Part shown: positions 7,927 to 16,414 of the stretch, piece after piece | Numbering within the stretch: the first letter of the stretch is position 1 | Layout: each line of letters opens with the position of its first letter | Origin: Minisyncoccia bacterium | GTDB taxonomy: Bacteria; Patescibacteriota; Minisyncoccia; UBA6257; 2-01-FULL-56-20 | Direction of reading: 5' to 3' | DNA length: 24,840 bases | NCBI GenBank assembly: GCA_049968295.1 | Contig: JBMFRD010000002.1 | Span: 1 to 24,840, forward strand | Made by a program: the position numbers and the translations under genes | Notes under the pieces: model-generated | Seen by the model: the letters and a program-made list of their open reading frames with translations, nothing else | What the model was told of the DNA's origin: nothing | Databases searched by the model: none

Positions 7927-9564
7927 ATGCTTTCTTTTTTTAAAAAAATATATTTAAATTTAACTTCAGTCGAAAAAAAATTATTATTAATTTTTAGTTT
8001 AAGTTTACTTATTTCTGTTTTTTTATTAGTTTTTAATTTTTTAAAAAATTCTACAATTGAAGTTCCAAAATCTGGAGGCGAAATTAAAATAGGCGTAGTT
8101 GGTCAACCCGAAAATCTTAATCCAATTTTAGCTAAAAGTAATGCGGATAAAAATTTAGTTAAATTATTGTTTGCTCCGCTTTCTAAATTAGCGGATAAAA
8201 TTGAGCCAATTTCAGATTCAAATCTTTGGCGGTTGCGGCTTAAGGAAAATATTTTTTGGTCTGATGGCAAAAAAATTACAAGCGATGATATTATTTTTAC
8301 AATTTTAAAAATAAAAGAAGCTCAAAACGAATCAGATTTTTATTCTTTTTGGCGAGGAATTGAAGCAAATAGAATAAGCGAATTAGAAGTACAATTTAAT
8401 TTAGGAGAAAAATATAGTTTTTTTAAAGAGGTTTTAGATAATTTTTATATTGCGCCTAAACATATTTTTGCTGATTTGCCAATTTTAAATTGGCATCTTT
8501 CAGAATATAATTTTAAACCAATATCTAATGGCTTCTATAAATTAGATTCAATAAATATTGAAAAAAATGGATTCATTTCTAATGCGCTTTTAAAACCAAA
8601 TGAATTTTATTTAGAACAAAAACCCTATACTCAGTTAAACATTAAATTTTATCCAGATAAAGAAAATTTATTAAAAGCTTTTAATACCGGGGCAATTGAT
8701 GTTTTGGCTTTAGATGATTTTGAAAATTTAAATAAAATTAAACGACCTTATAATTTAAATCTTTTTCCGGTTTCAAATTATTATGCGGTTTTTATAAATC
8801 AATCCCAAAATTTAGCTTTAAAAGAAATTGAAGTTAGAAAAGCAATGAGTTTGAGTATTAATCGAGATAAATTAGTTTCTGATGTTTCTAATAATTATTT
8901 TGCTCCGGTTTTTGGGCCGCTGCAATGGTTTAGTCAAGCTAAAAATTTAAAAGATGAATTTAAGCCAGATGAAGCTTCAAAAATTTTAGAAGATGCTGGT
9001 TGGAAATTAAATGATCAAGGCGTTAGAGAAAAAAACATAAAAAACAATATTATTCAATTAAATTTTAAATTAATTGTTCCGGATATTGATTTTCTTTTAA
9101 AAACTGCTGATTTTTTAGCTGAAAATTGGTCAAAAATTGGAATTAAAATTAATATTTTAAAAATTAATCCTAAGGATTTGCTTTCAAATAATATTTTAAA
9201 CAGAGATTATGAATTAATTCTTTTTGGCAACGCAATTTATCCTAAATTTAATCTTTATCCTTTTTGGCATTCGGCTTTTATTTTTTATCCGGGCCTAAAT
9301 CTTTCTTTATATAAAAATGATTTGGTTGATAAATCATTAGTTGATCTTTATCAAAAAACAAATATTAATCAAGAAGAAACTATTTTAAATATTTTACAAA
9401 ATATTAAAAACGATTATCCAGCTATATTTCTATACCAACCTAAAATTTTATTAATTTCATCTAAAAATATTTATGGTATTAATGAATTTTTAATTTATAA
9501 TTTTGAAGATATTTTTTCCAATGCTAAAGATTGGTATTTAAAAACCAAAAGAATTTTTAAATGA
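7927..9564 (+). CDS. Peptide/nickel ABC-type substrate-binding protein (family 5, OppA/DppA-like), membrane anchored
   Basis: LRLKENIFWSDGKKITSDDIIFT family-5 signature, GVVGQPENLNPI, VRKAMSLSINR, ILEDAGW; N-terminal TM helix. Confidence 0.88.
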   Translation: MLSFFKKIYLNLTSVEKKLLLIFSLSLLISVFLLVFNFLKNSTIEVPKSGGEIKIGVVGQPENLNPILAKSNADKNLVKLLFAPLSKLADKIEPISDSNLWRLRLKENIFWSDGKKITSDDIIFTILKIKEAQNESDFYSFWRGIEANRISELEVQFNLGEKYSFFKEVLDNFYIAPKHIFADLPILNWHLSEYNFKPISNGFYKLDSINIEKNGFISNALLKPNEFYLEQKPYTQLNIKFYPDKENLLKAFNTGAIDVLALDDFENLNKIKRPYNLNLFPVSNYYAVFINQSQNLALKEIEVRKAMSLSINRDKLVSDVSNNYFAPVFGPLQWFSQAKNLKDEFKPDEASKILEDAGWKLNDQGVREKNIKNNIIQLNFKLIVPDIDFLLKTADFLAENWSKIGIKINILKINPKDLLSNNILNRDYELILFGNAIYPKFNLYPFWHSAFIFYPGLNLSLYKNDLVDKSLVDLYQKTNINQEETILNILQNIKNDYPAIFLYQPKILLISSKNIYGINEFLIYNFEDIFSNAKDWYLKTKRIFK

Positions 9565-9664
9565 TTTTTTAAATTATTTAAAACATTTAATTTTTAAAAT
9601 TGCTTTATTTGGAAGAAAGATTTGTATTTTGATATAAAATTTAATTTGTATTAAAATAAAAATA

Positions 9665-10195
9665 ATGAAGCTTTTAAAAACAAACAAGGGATTTACATTA
9701 ATTGAGCTTTTAGTGGCAATTGCTTCTTTTATTGTTATTATTAGCATTGCTATTGGTGGATTTTCCGGAGCATTACGTTCGCAAAGGCAAGCTATTGCTT
9801 TAATGAATGTAAATAATAATATTAGTATAGTTTTAGAACAAATGGCTCGCGAAATTAGAACTGGTTCTGATTTTAATGTTTGTATTAATGGCAATGTTAT
9901 TAATCCTTGTTCGTCTAATACTTTATCGTTTACTAATGCTTATGGTCAAAATGTAACTTATCGATTAAATAACAATGCGATTGAAAAAAATATTGATAAT
10001 AATGGATTTAGACGCATTACAGCTTCTAATGTTGTAGTTAAATATTTAAATTTTTATTATAGTGGCACAAACCCAGGAGATAATAAACAGTCAAGAATTA
10101 CAATTTCATTAGGAATTTCAAGCACGGATAATAGCGCTTCCGGAATAACAGTTAATTTGCAAACGACAATTAGTCCAAGAATTTTAGATAGTTAA
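9665..10195 (+). CDS. Type IV minor pilin/pseudopilin (PilW/PulJ-like)
   Basis: Class III signal KG|FTLIELLVAI with Glu5; QMAREIR segment typical of PilW/PulJ. Confidence 0.85.
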   Translation: MKLLKTNKGFTLIELLVAIASFIVIISIAIGGFSGALRSQRQAIALMNVNNNISIVLEQMAREIRTGSDFNVCINGNVINPCSSNTLSFTNAYGQNVTYRLNNNAIEKNIDNNGFRRITASNVVVKYLNFYYSGTNPGDNKQSRITISLGISSTDNSASGITVNLQTTISPRILDS

Positions 10196-10213
10196 AAATA
10201 AAATTTTTGAAAA

Positions 10214-10588
10214 ATGAAAAATATTAAAACAAAAAACAATCAAAAAGGTCAGGTGATGATTGTGGTTACTTTGGCTTTAGGCGGAATAATGCTTGGCGCA
10301 ACATTAGTTGGCGGAATATTAATTTTAAGTCAATTAAGACAAGCCAAACTTATTTCTGATTCAGCTAAAGCTATTTACGCAGCTGATGCAGCTTTAGAGT
10401 GGGGATATTATGAGTTTATGGGAAAAAGCGATGCTTCTTCGCCTTCTTTAACAAATGGCGCAAATTCAATAACTCAATGTTTAGATCAAAACAATCAATT
10501 AGTTGGTTGTAATTCTGGATCTGTAAAATATATCATTGGTAAAGGCCAAACTCCGAGAGTTAGCCGAGCGCTTCAAATGTCATTTTAA
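10214..10588 (+). CDS. PilX/GspK-like minor pilin
   Basis: QKG|QVMIV cleavage site without Glu5, hydrophobic helix, AIYAADAALEW segment typical of PilX N-termini. Confidence 0.7.
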   Translation: MKNIKTKNNQKGQVMIVVTLALGGIMLGATLVGGILILSQLRQAKLISDSAKAIYAADAALEWGYYEFMGKSDASSPSLTNGANSITQCLDQNNQLVGCNSGSVKYIIGKGQTPRVSRALQMSF

Positions 10589-10596
10589 AAATTTAA

Positions 10597-10624
10597 TTGA
10601 TTTTTTGTTTGATTTTGCTAAACT
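10597..10624 (+). promoter_or_regulatory. Putative sigma70 promoter for tRNA-Asp
   Basis: TTGATT (10597-10602), 16-bp spacer, extended -10 TGcTAAACT (TAAACT 10619-10624), 14 nt before the tRNA. Confidence 0.5.
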
Positions 10625-10638
10625 TAAAAAGTAATTAT

Positions 10639-10713
10639 GCGGCGGTAGTTCAGCCTGGTTAGAACGCCCGCCTGTCACGCGGGAGGTCGCCGGTTCAAAT
10701 CCGGTCCGCCGCG
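10639..10713 (+). tRNA. tRNA-Asp(GTC)
   Basis: Acceptor GCGGCGG/CCGCCGC, anticodon arm CCCGC-ctGTCac-GCGGG, T loop TTCAAAT; CCA not encoded. Confidence 0.96.
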
Positions 10714-10747
10714 CAAATTAAAACCGCTTAATTACAAATTTTTATAA

Positions 10748-11527
10748 TTACAAAATAGCATCTAAAAGCGCTTCATCGTAATCTAATTTTCCAGATTTAA
10801 TTGCCCGATCATAAATTGCAAAATTTTCTATTTTTTCATTCCAGCTATAAGCTAAAATATTAAAAATTTTTCCAAGCGGTTCTTTAAAATTTAAAATTTT
10901 TTCAAAAGCTTGCATTCTGGTTTTTAAATTCGGAGTTTTTAATTGATTTAACAAAAACCAAAAATCTGGTTGGATTTCTATGTTTAATTCATTTAAATCT
11001 TTTAAATCAATTTTGGATTTATTAAGCAAAGATAATTTTTCAAGCTCAGTAATTATTTTAAAACTATCATTACCTAAAGCTTGGATAAAAAAATTAAGCG
11101 CAGTTGGAGTAAAATTAACATTTCTTTTTTTTGATTCTTTTAAAACAAAATTAATTAAATCTTTTCCAGTTAAAGCTTCAAATTTTTCAAATAAAGCTGG
11201 CGGTTTTAAAAGAAAGCTAAATTGTTTCGGCGGAATGTTTTTTTCATAAATAATTAAGTGAGTATTTTTACTATTAAGAACTGATTTAATTTGATTTATT
11301 AATTCTTTTTCTTTTGTTGAAAATAAATTATAAATAATTCCTAGCCTTACTTTTTCAAAAAGCGATTGATTTTTTAAAAAATTTAATAAATTTTCAAGCG
11401 AAAAATCATCCTCTAAATTAAAATTATTTATTTCAAAATTTTGATGTTTTTGTTGAAATTTTTGAATTACTTCATTTTTTCTTTGCAAAGCTCGCCAATC
11501 GTCTTGATTGTAAATAAAAATAATCAT
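10748..11527 (-). CDS. holA: DNA polymerase III delta subunit (short form)
   Basis: MIIFIY N-terminus, LKNQSLFEKVRLGII, ALGNDSFKIITELEKLSLL and AIYDRAIKSG segments; 259 aa. Confidence 0.75.
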   Translation of the reverse strand: MIIFIYNQDDWRALQRKNEVIQKFQQKHQNFEINNFNLEDDFSLENLLNFLKNQSLFEKVRLGIIYNLFSTKEKELINQIKSVLNSKNTHLIIYEKNIPPKQFSFLLKPPALFEKFEALTGKDLINFVLKESKKRNVNFTPTALNFFIQALGNDSFKIITELEKLSLLNKSKIDLKDLNELNIEIQPDFWFLLNQLKTPNLKTRMQAFEKILNFKEPLGKIFNILAYSWNEKIENFAIYDRAIKSGKLDYDEALLDAIL

Positions 11528-11529
11528 TT

Positions 11530-12858
11530 TTATTCGTAATCAAAAAGTGGGATTTCTTTTTTGGGGATTAATTCTGGTCGAATTGGCAGCCAAAAAGTTA
11601 TTTTTGTTCCGTGCCCAACTTCTGATTCTGCCCAAATTTTGCCGCCATGAGATTGAATAATATTTTTAACCACATAAAGTCCAAGCCCCGAACCTTCAGT
11701 ATCAAATTTTTGAGCAGTTGATGATCGGAAAAATTTTGTAAATAAATTTTTTAAATCTTCAGGCGGTATACCCACTCCAGTATCTTCTACGCTGGTTTCA
11801 ATAAATTCTCCGTTTTCTGCTTTTTTAATGCTAACAACTATTCTGCCATTTGGAACATTGTATTTAACAGCGTTGTCTAATAAATTTGAAATAACCATAT
11901 ATATTTTTTGAGGATCAATATAAATTTTAGGCAAAATTTCTTTTGGCGGATTTAAATATAGCTCAAGATTAAATTTTTTAATTTGAGGCAAAAGTTCAGC
12001 CAAAATTCCTTTAATAAAGGCTAAATAATCTGTTTCTTCAAAATTGTATCCAAATTTTCCCTCTTCAATTTTTGAAATATTAAGCAAATTTTCAATTAAA
12101 TTTTCAAGCCGTTTTACGGATTTTAATGTTTGGCTCAACAATTCTTTTAAATTTGAATCTAAATTTGGATCAGAAATAATAGATTCTAAAGCCCAACGAA
12201 TTTCATTAACTGGAGTGCGAAATTGATGCGAAGCAATAGTTACAAACTCGCTTTTTGATTTTAAAAGATTAATTTCGGTGGTACGGTCGTGAATTATTTT
12301 TATAAATCCAATTATGTTTTCATTTTCATCTTTTAATTTTCCAGTTAAAACTCTTAAAAATAAGCTTGGGTCTGTAAAAGAAATATCTAAAACATTGGGC
12401 TCTTCATTTTCTTTGGAGCGTAAAACCACCAGTGGTGCAAGCGAAGGAAAAATGACCTGAACTAATCTTCGAAGTCTTTCATTTTGAGCGTCTTGAATTT
12501 TAATTTGTTTTCCTAAAATATTTTCTTTTTTTATTTCAAAAATTTTTTCAGCTTCTGGGTTGAAATAATTAATTTTAAAATTAGAATCATAAATAATAAT
12601 ACCAGCGTCAATGGTTTCAATAATGCTTTGAAAATCATTTTGAGTAATTTTATAGTTAGCCTGATTAAAATTTGCGTTTAAATTTAAACCAAACAAAATT
12701 GTAAAAATAAAAATTAAAATGATTAAAAAGAATATAATTATTAAAATTAATCCAGATAAATAAATAAAACTTAAAATTAAAAGAATAATAAGTAAAACAA
12801 AATTTAACCACAAAGGCCAAGCAAATTTATTTTTAATTAAATTCCAAAAATTTTTCAT
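11530..12858 (-). CDS. PAS-domain sensor histidine kinase (WalK/PhoR-like)
   Basis: Two N-terminal TMs, PAS region, H-box ASHQFRTP, N-box NLLDNAVKY, G1 DTGVGI, G2 GSGLGL. Confidence 0.92.
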   Translation of the reverse strand: MKNFWNLIKNKFAWPLWLNFVLLIILLILSFIYLSGLILIIIFFLIILIFIFTILFGLNLNANFNQANYKITQNDFQSIIETIDAGIIIYDSNFKINYFNPEAEKIFEIKKENILGKQIKIQDAQNERLRRLVQVIFPSLAPLVVLRSKENEEPNVLDISFTDPSLFLRVLTGKLKDENENIIGFIKIIHDRTTEINLLKSKSEFVTIASHQFRTPVNEIRWALESIISDPNLDSNLKELLSQTLKSVKRLENLIENLLNISKIEEGKFGYNFEETDYLAFIKGILAELLPQIKKFNLELYLNPPKEILPKIYIDPQKIYMVISNLLDNAVKYNVPNGRIVVSIKKAENGEFIETSVEDTGVGIPPEDLKNLFTKFFRSSTAQKFDTEGSGLGLYVVKNIIQSHGGKIWAESEVGHGTKITFWLPIRPELIPKKEIPLFDYE

Positions 12859-12897
12859 TATTTTTATTATATCTTAAAAATTAAAATTTAAAATATG

Positions 12898-13800
12898 TTA
12901 AAATATAGTAGCTTGTTTAGACTTTGCGCTTTGTTCTTTGTTATTAAAATTATTTACCCTATTAATTAAACTTTTAAAACCAAATTTTTCAAAATAATTT
13001 ATAAGTTTTTCTTTAGAAGGATTAAATTTTAATTCTTCAAGCTGAACATTAATTTTTAAATCTTGATTTAAAATTGTTAATTTTTTATACAGCAAAACAT
13101 TTTCTTTTTCTTTTAATAATTTTTCTTTTAAATTTGGAATTTGGTTTAAGTTTTGAAATAAATTTTCAACAGTTTTAAATCTTTGAATAAGATCCGAAGC
13201 TGTTTTTGGCCCAATACCATTTACGCCCGGAATATTATCTGAAGGATCTCCAACTAAAGCCTTAAAATCAACTAATTCTTTGGGTAAAAGTTTAAATTTA
13301 GAAAAAATTAAATTTTCATCATAATCTTCGGTTTCGCTAATTCCTTTTTTTAAAATTCGAACTATAATTTTTTGGTCATAAACAAGTTGAAAAGTATCTC
13401 GATCGCCAGTTAAAATAATAATTTGTAAATCTGGTTCATTTTTAAATTTATTAGCTAAAGAAGCAATTAAATCATCAGCTTCAAAACCCGGCATTTCAAA
13501 ATATTTTATACCAAAAGCTTCAAATAAATTATGCGCTTCAATAATTTGGCTAATTAATTCGTCTGGCGCTTTTGGTCTTTGAGCTTTATATTCGGTAAAT
13601 TCTTTTTTTCTAAAAGTTGGTTCTGGTCGATCAAATAAAGCCGCGCAAAATTCAGGATTTTCGCGGAGTAAAGCTAAAAGAATGCTTGCTAATCCATACA
13701 AAGCATTAGTGGGCTCATTATTTTTAGAGATTAAGGGAGGCAAAGCATGAAAGGTTCGATGAATTAAAGAATTAGCATCAATTAAAAAAAGTTTTTTCAT
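12898..13800 (-). CDS. Stand-alone 5'-3' exonuclease (Pol I N-terminal domain/FEN-like)
   Basis: LIDANSLIHRTFHALP, EYKAQR, GFEADD, TGDRD, LVGDPSDNIPGVNGIGPKTA; ends at 300 aa with no polymerase domain. Confidence 0.92.
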   Translation of the reverse strand: MKKLFLIDANSLIHRTFHALPPLISKNNEPTNALYGLASILLALLRENPEFCAALFDRPEPTFRKKEFTEYKAQRPKAPDELISQIIEAHNLFEAFGIKYFEMPGFEADDLIASLANKFKNEPDLQIIILTGDRDTFQLVYDQKIIVRILKKGISETEDYDENLIFSKFKLLPKELVDFKALVGDPSDNIPGVNGIGPKTASDLIQRFKTVENLFQNLNQIPNLKEKLLKEKENVLLYKKLTILNQDLKINVQLEELKFNPSKEKLINYFEKFGFKSLINRVNNFNNKEQSAKSKQATIF

Positions 13801-13812
13801 AAAATAATTTTA

Positions 13813-14268
13813 CTATAAACTAATATTTTTTAAAACAATTTTGCGCTCGTTTTCTAAACGGCCATGATAAAAATAAATTTTTATTGTATTTTTTGGCAAA
13901 AAGCGCAAAATTTTATTTGCCCATTCAATTAATAAAATATTTTGAGGATTTAAAATTAAATCTTTTATTTTTAAATTAATTAATTCTTTTGGATTTTTAA
14001 GGCGATAAGCATCAATATGATATAAATTTTTAAAATAAGGATGTTTAATTTTTTTTCGACGTATTAAAATAAAAGTTGGACTCGGCGAAAGACTTTTAAT
14101 TTTTAAACCATTTAAAAAGCCGGAAACAAATGTTGTTTTTCCAGCTCCTAATTCGCCAATTAAAGCAATAACCAAGGCTTGCTTGCTTTGTTTTTTGGTT
14201 AATTTTTTGGCTAATTGAGCAGCGATTTTTTTGGTTTCATTTAAAGAAAAGCTCTTTAAGGTTTTCAT
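13813..14268 (-). CDS. tsaE: t6A biosynthesis ATPase TsaE
   Basis: GELGAGKTTF Walker A, SPTF, HIDAYRL, IEWA. Confidence 0.95.
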   Translation of the reverse strand: MKTLKSFSLNETKKIAAQLAKKLTKKQSKQALVIALIGELGAGKTTFVSGFLNGLKIKSLSPSPTFILIRRKKIKHPYFKNLYHIDAYRLKNPKELINLKIKDLILNPQNILLIEWANKILRFLPKNTIKIYFYHGRLENERKIVLKNISL

Positions 14269-14770
14269 TGTTTTTTATAATATACCAGGTAATTAATGAT
14301 AATAAAATTCCAATTAAAATTGCAATTATAAAAAATTCTTTTTGATTATAAATTTTATTTAGCGGCAGATTTAAGGGATAATTTTTTATAATCTCTACAG
14401 TTTGAGCATAAAAATTTTCTTTTCCGGGCGTAGGCTCTGAAAAAATAAAATTATTTTCAAAACGACTAAAACTTTTTCCTTCTGGAGCTTGGCCAAAAAA
14501 TTTTGCCTGATCAATTAAATTGTTTTGAGCGTCATAAAGCTTTAACTGGCCATTTTCATTTAAAAGATTAAAGCGCATTTCTTTTTGGTTTAACAATAAA
14601 AAGCTTTTAGGATTAATTGATTTATCTTTAATTTTATAAGTTTTATTTCCAGAAACAATAACCCAGTTATTTAAATTAATGGTTTGATTAGCATCATTAT
14701 ATAATTCAATCCATTCGTTTTGATTATCTTTGCCAATTGGATTGGGCAGCCACTCATTAATTTTAACCAT
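14237..14770 (-). CDS. Lamin tail domain (LTD) protein with C-terminal TM anchor
   Basis: KINEWLPNPIGKD..EWIELYN, LNNWVI, LLNENGQLKLYD..LID and PTPGKEN motifs; C-terminal hydrophobic helix. Confidence 0.8.
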   Translation of the reverse strand: MVKINEWLPNPIGKDNQNEWIELYNDANQTINLNNWVIVSGNKTYKIKDKSINPKSFLLLNQKEMRFNLLNENGQLKLYDAQNNLIDQAKFFGQAPEGKSFSRFENNFIFSEPTPGKENFYAQTVEIIKNYPLNLPLNKIYNQKEFFIIAILIGILLSLITWYIIKNNENLKELFFK

Positions 14771-14811
14771 AAATTTATTTTAAAATTTAAAATGCAAAAT
14801 GTAAATTTTTC

Positions 14812-14839
14812 TTGCCTTTATTTTTGGTTTTGTTATAAT
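14812..14839 (+). promoter_or_regulatory. Putative sigma70 promoter of the atp operon
   Basis: TTGCCT (14812-14817), 16-bp spacer, extended -10 TGtTATAAT (TATAAT 14834-14839), 19 nt before atpB. Confidence 0.65.
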
Positions 14840-14858
14840 ATTTTGTTATTTTAAAGCA

Positions 14859-15596
14859 ATGGAAAATAAAATTCATATTTCATTATCCGCTGAAAAATTG
14901 TTTCAAGTTAATGGTTTTACTATAACTAATACTTTATTAGTTAGTTTAATGGTTTTTTTAATTTTATCAGTTAGCGCTTATTTTTTTAGAAAAAAATTAA
15001 GTTTAATTCCGGGATTTTTTCAGAATTTAGTTGAATATCTTATTAGCGGCGCCTTAAATTTAATGAAAAATGTTTTAGGCTCAGAAAAAAAAGCTGAAAA
15101 ATATTTGCCTTTAATTTTTACTATTTTTATTTTTATTTTAGTTTCTAATTGGTTAGGATTATTGCCCGGAGTGGGTTCAATTGTTTTAAAAGAACATAAT
15201 GAAACCATTCCAATTTTTCGTTCGCCATCCAGCGATTTAAATTTTACTTTAGCTTTGGCTGTTATTTCTGTGATGACTATTAATTTATTAGGAATTACGG
15301 TTTTAGGATTTTTTAAATATGTTAAAAAATTTATTAATTTTTCAAATCCAGTTCAATTTTTTATTGGCATACTTGAATTAATTTCAGAAATTGCTAAAAT
15401 GATATCGTTTTCGTTTCGGTTGTTTGGAAATGTTTTTGCCGGCGAGGTGCTTTTAACTATTGTTGGTTTTTTAGCGCCTTATTTTATACCTTTGCCTTTT
15501 TTGTTTTTGGAAATTTTTGTCGGGTTTATTCAGGCTTTTGTATTTGCAATGTTAAGTTTAGTTTTTGTTTCAATTGCAACCAGCGAAAATCATTAA
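14859..15596 (+). CDS. atpB: F0F1 ATP synthase subunit a
   Basis: SNWLGLLPG, FRSPSSDLNFTLALA, SFSFRLFGN with the essential Arg, EIFVGFIQAFVF. Confidence 0.96.
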   Translation: MENKIHISLSAEKLFQVNGFTITNTLLVSLMVFLILSVSAYFFRKKLSLIPGFFQNLVEYLISGALNLMKNVLGSEKKAEKYLPLIFTIFIFILVSNWLGLLPGVGSIVLKEHNETIPIFRSPSSDLNFTLALAVISVMTINLLGITVLGFFKYVKKFINFSNPVQFFIGILELISEIAKMISFSFRLFGNVFAGEVLLTIVGFLAPYFIPLPFLFLEIFVGFIQAFVFAMLSLVFVSIATSENH

Positions 15597-15657
15597 ATAA
15601 AATAATTTAAAAATGGTCGACGCCGATTTATCGGCAAAAAATAAAATAAATAAAAAA

Positions 15658-15888
15658 ATGGAATTAGAAACAGTAAAAATTTTTGCTACAATGGGCACGA
15701 TTATTGTTGGAACAATTGCGCCAGCAATTGCTATTGGTTGGATTGGATCTAAGGCTTCAGATGCAATTGGCCGCAATCCAGAAGCAGCGCCAAAAATTCA
15801 AACTGCAATGATTTTGGCAATTGCTTTTGCTGAAGCCATTGCAATTTATGCCTTAGTAGTAGCTTTAATTATTAAATTTGTTGGTTAA
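15658..15888 (+). CDS. atpE: F0F1 ATP synthase subunit c (76 aa; second ATG preferred over 15613)
   Basis: GRNPEA loop, FAEAIAIY ion-binding Glu; ATG 15658 follows an A-rich leader like other starts here and gives a normal c-subunit length. Confidence 0.95.
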   Translation: MELETVKIFATMGTIIVGTIAPAIAIGWIGSKASDAIGRNPEAAPKIQTAMILAIAFAEAIAIYALVVALIIKFVG

Positions 15889-15898
15889 TTAATAAATT

Positions 15899-16399
15899 AT
15901 GCAGGAATTAATTCATCAACTTGGCATTGATTGGAAACTGCTTTTGTCGCAGGCAGTTAATTTTGGCTTGGTTTTAATAATTTTAAAAATTTTTGTTTAT
16001 CAGCCGCTTTTAAACCTTTTAAATGAAAGGCGGAAAAAAATTGAAGAAGGAATTTTAAAAGCCGAAGAAGCAGATAAACGTTTAAGCCAGGTTGAAAATC
16101 TTAAATTAGAAAAAATAAAAGAAGCTGAAAAAGAAGTTTTAACTTTAATTCAAGAAGGAAAAGAAAAAGCAATTCAAATTGAGGCTGAAATTTTGGAAAA
16201 AGCTAAACAAAAACAAGAAGAAATTTTAAAACAAGCTGAGTTAATGGCTCGGGACCAAGCTAAAAAAGCTGAAGCTGAGGTTTATAAAAAAGCAAAAGAA
16301 TTAGTAAAAACAACTATTCAAAAAACAGTTGAACTTGATCCAAGATTAATTGACGAATCATTAATTAATCAAGCCTTAGAAAGTTTAAATAATAAATAA
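15899..16399 (+). CDS. atpF: F0F1 ATP synthase subunit b
   Basis: LGIDWKLLLSQAVNF N-terminal TM followed by a charged coiled coil; operon position. Confidence 0.93.
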   Translation: MQELIHQLGIDWKLLLSQAVNFGLVLIILKIFVYQPLLNLLNERRKKIEEGILKAEEADKRLSQVENLKLEKIKEAEKEVLTLIQEGKEKAIQIEAEILEKAKQKQEEILKQAELMARDQAKKAEAEVYKKAKELVKTTIQKTVELDPRLIDESLINQALESLNNK

Positions 16400-16414
16400 A
16401 ATAATAAATAAATT

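Noticed and set aside
9574-9894. Minus-strand 106-aa ORF
   Set aside because: Antisense to the pilin gene, which has a clear prepilin motif.
10980-12226. Plus-strand ORFs 10980-11249 and 12044-12226
   Set aside because: Shadows of holA and the histidine kinase.
15613-15657. N-terminal extension of AtpE from ATG 15613
   Set aside because: It translates a hairpin and an A-tract ([15 protein letters not shown]); ATG 15658 gives a normal c subunit.
15020-15776. Minus-strand ORFs 15020-15208 and 15570-15776
   Set aside because: Shadows of atpB and atpE.
15658-15888. Na+-coupled ATP synthase
   Set aside because: The Gln and Glu-Ser/Thr Na+ ligands are absent (EA instead of ES/ET).
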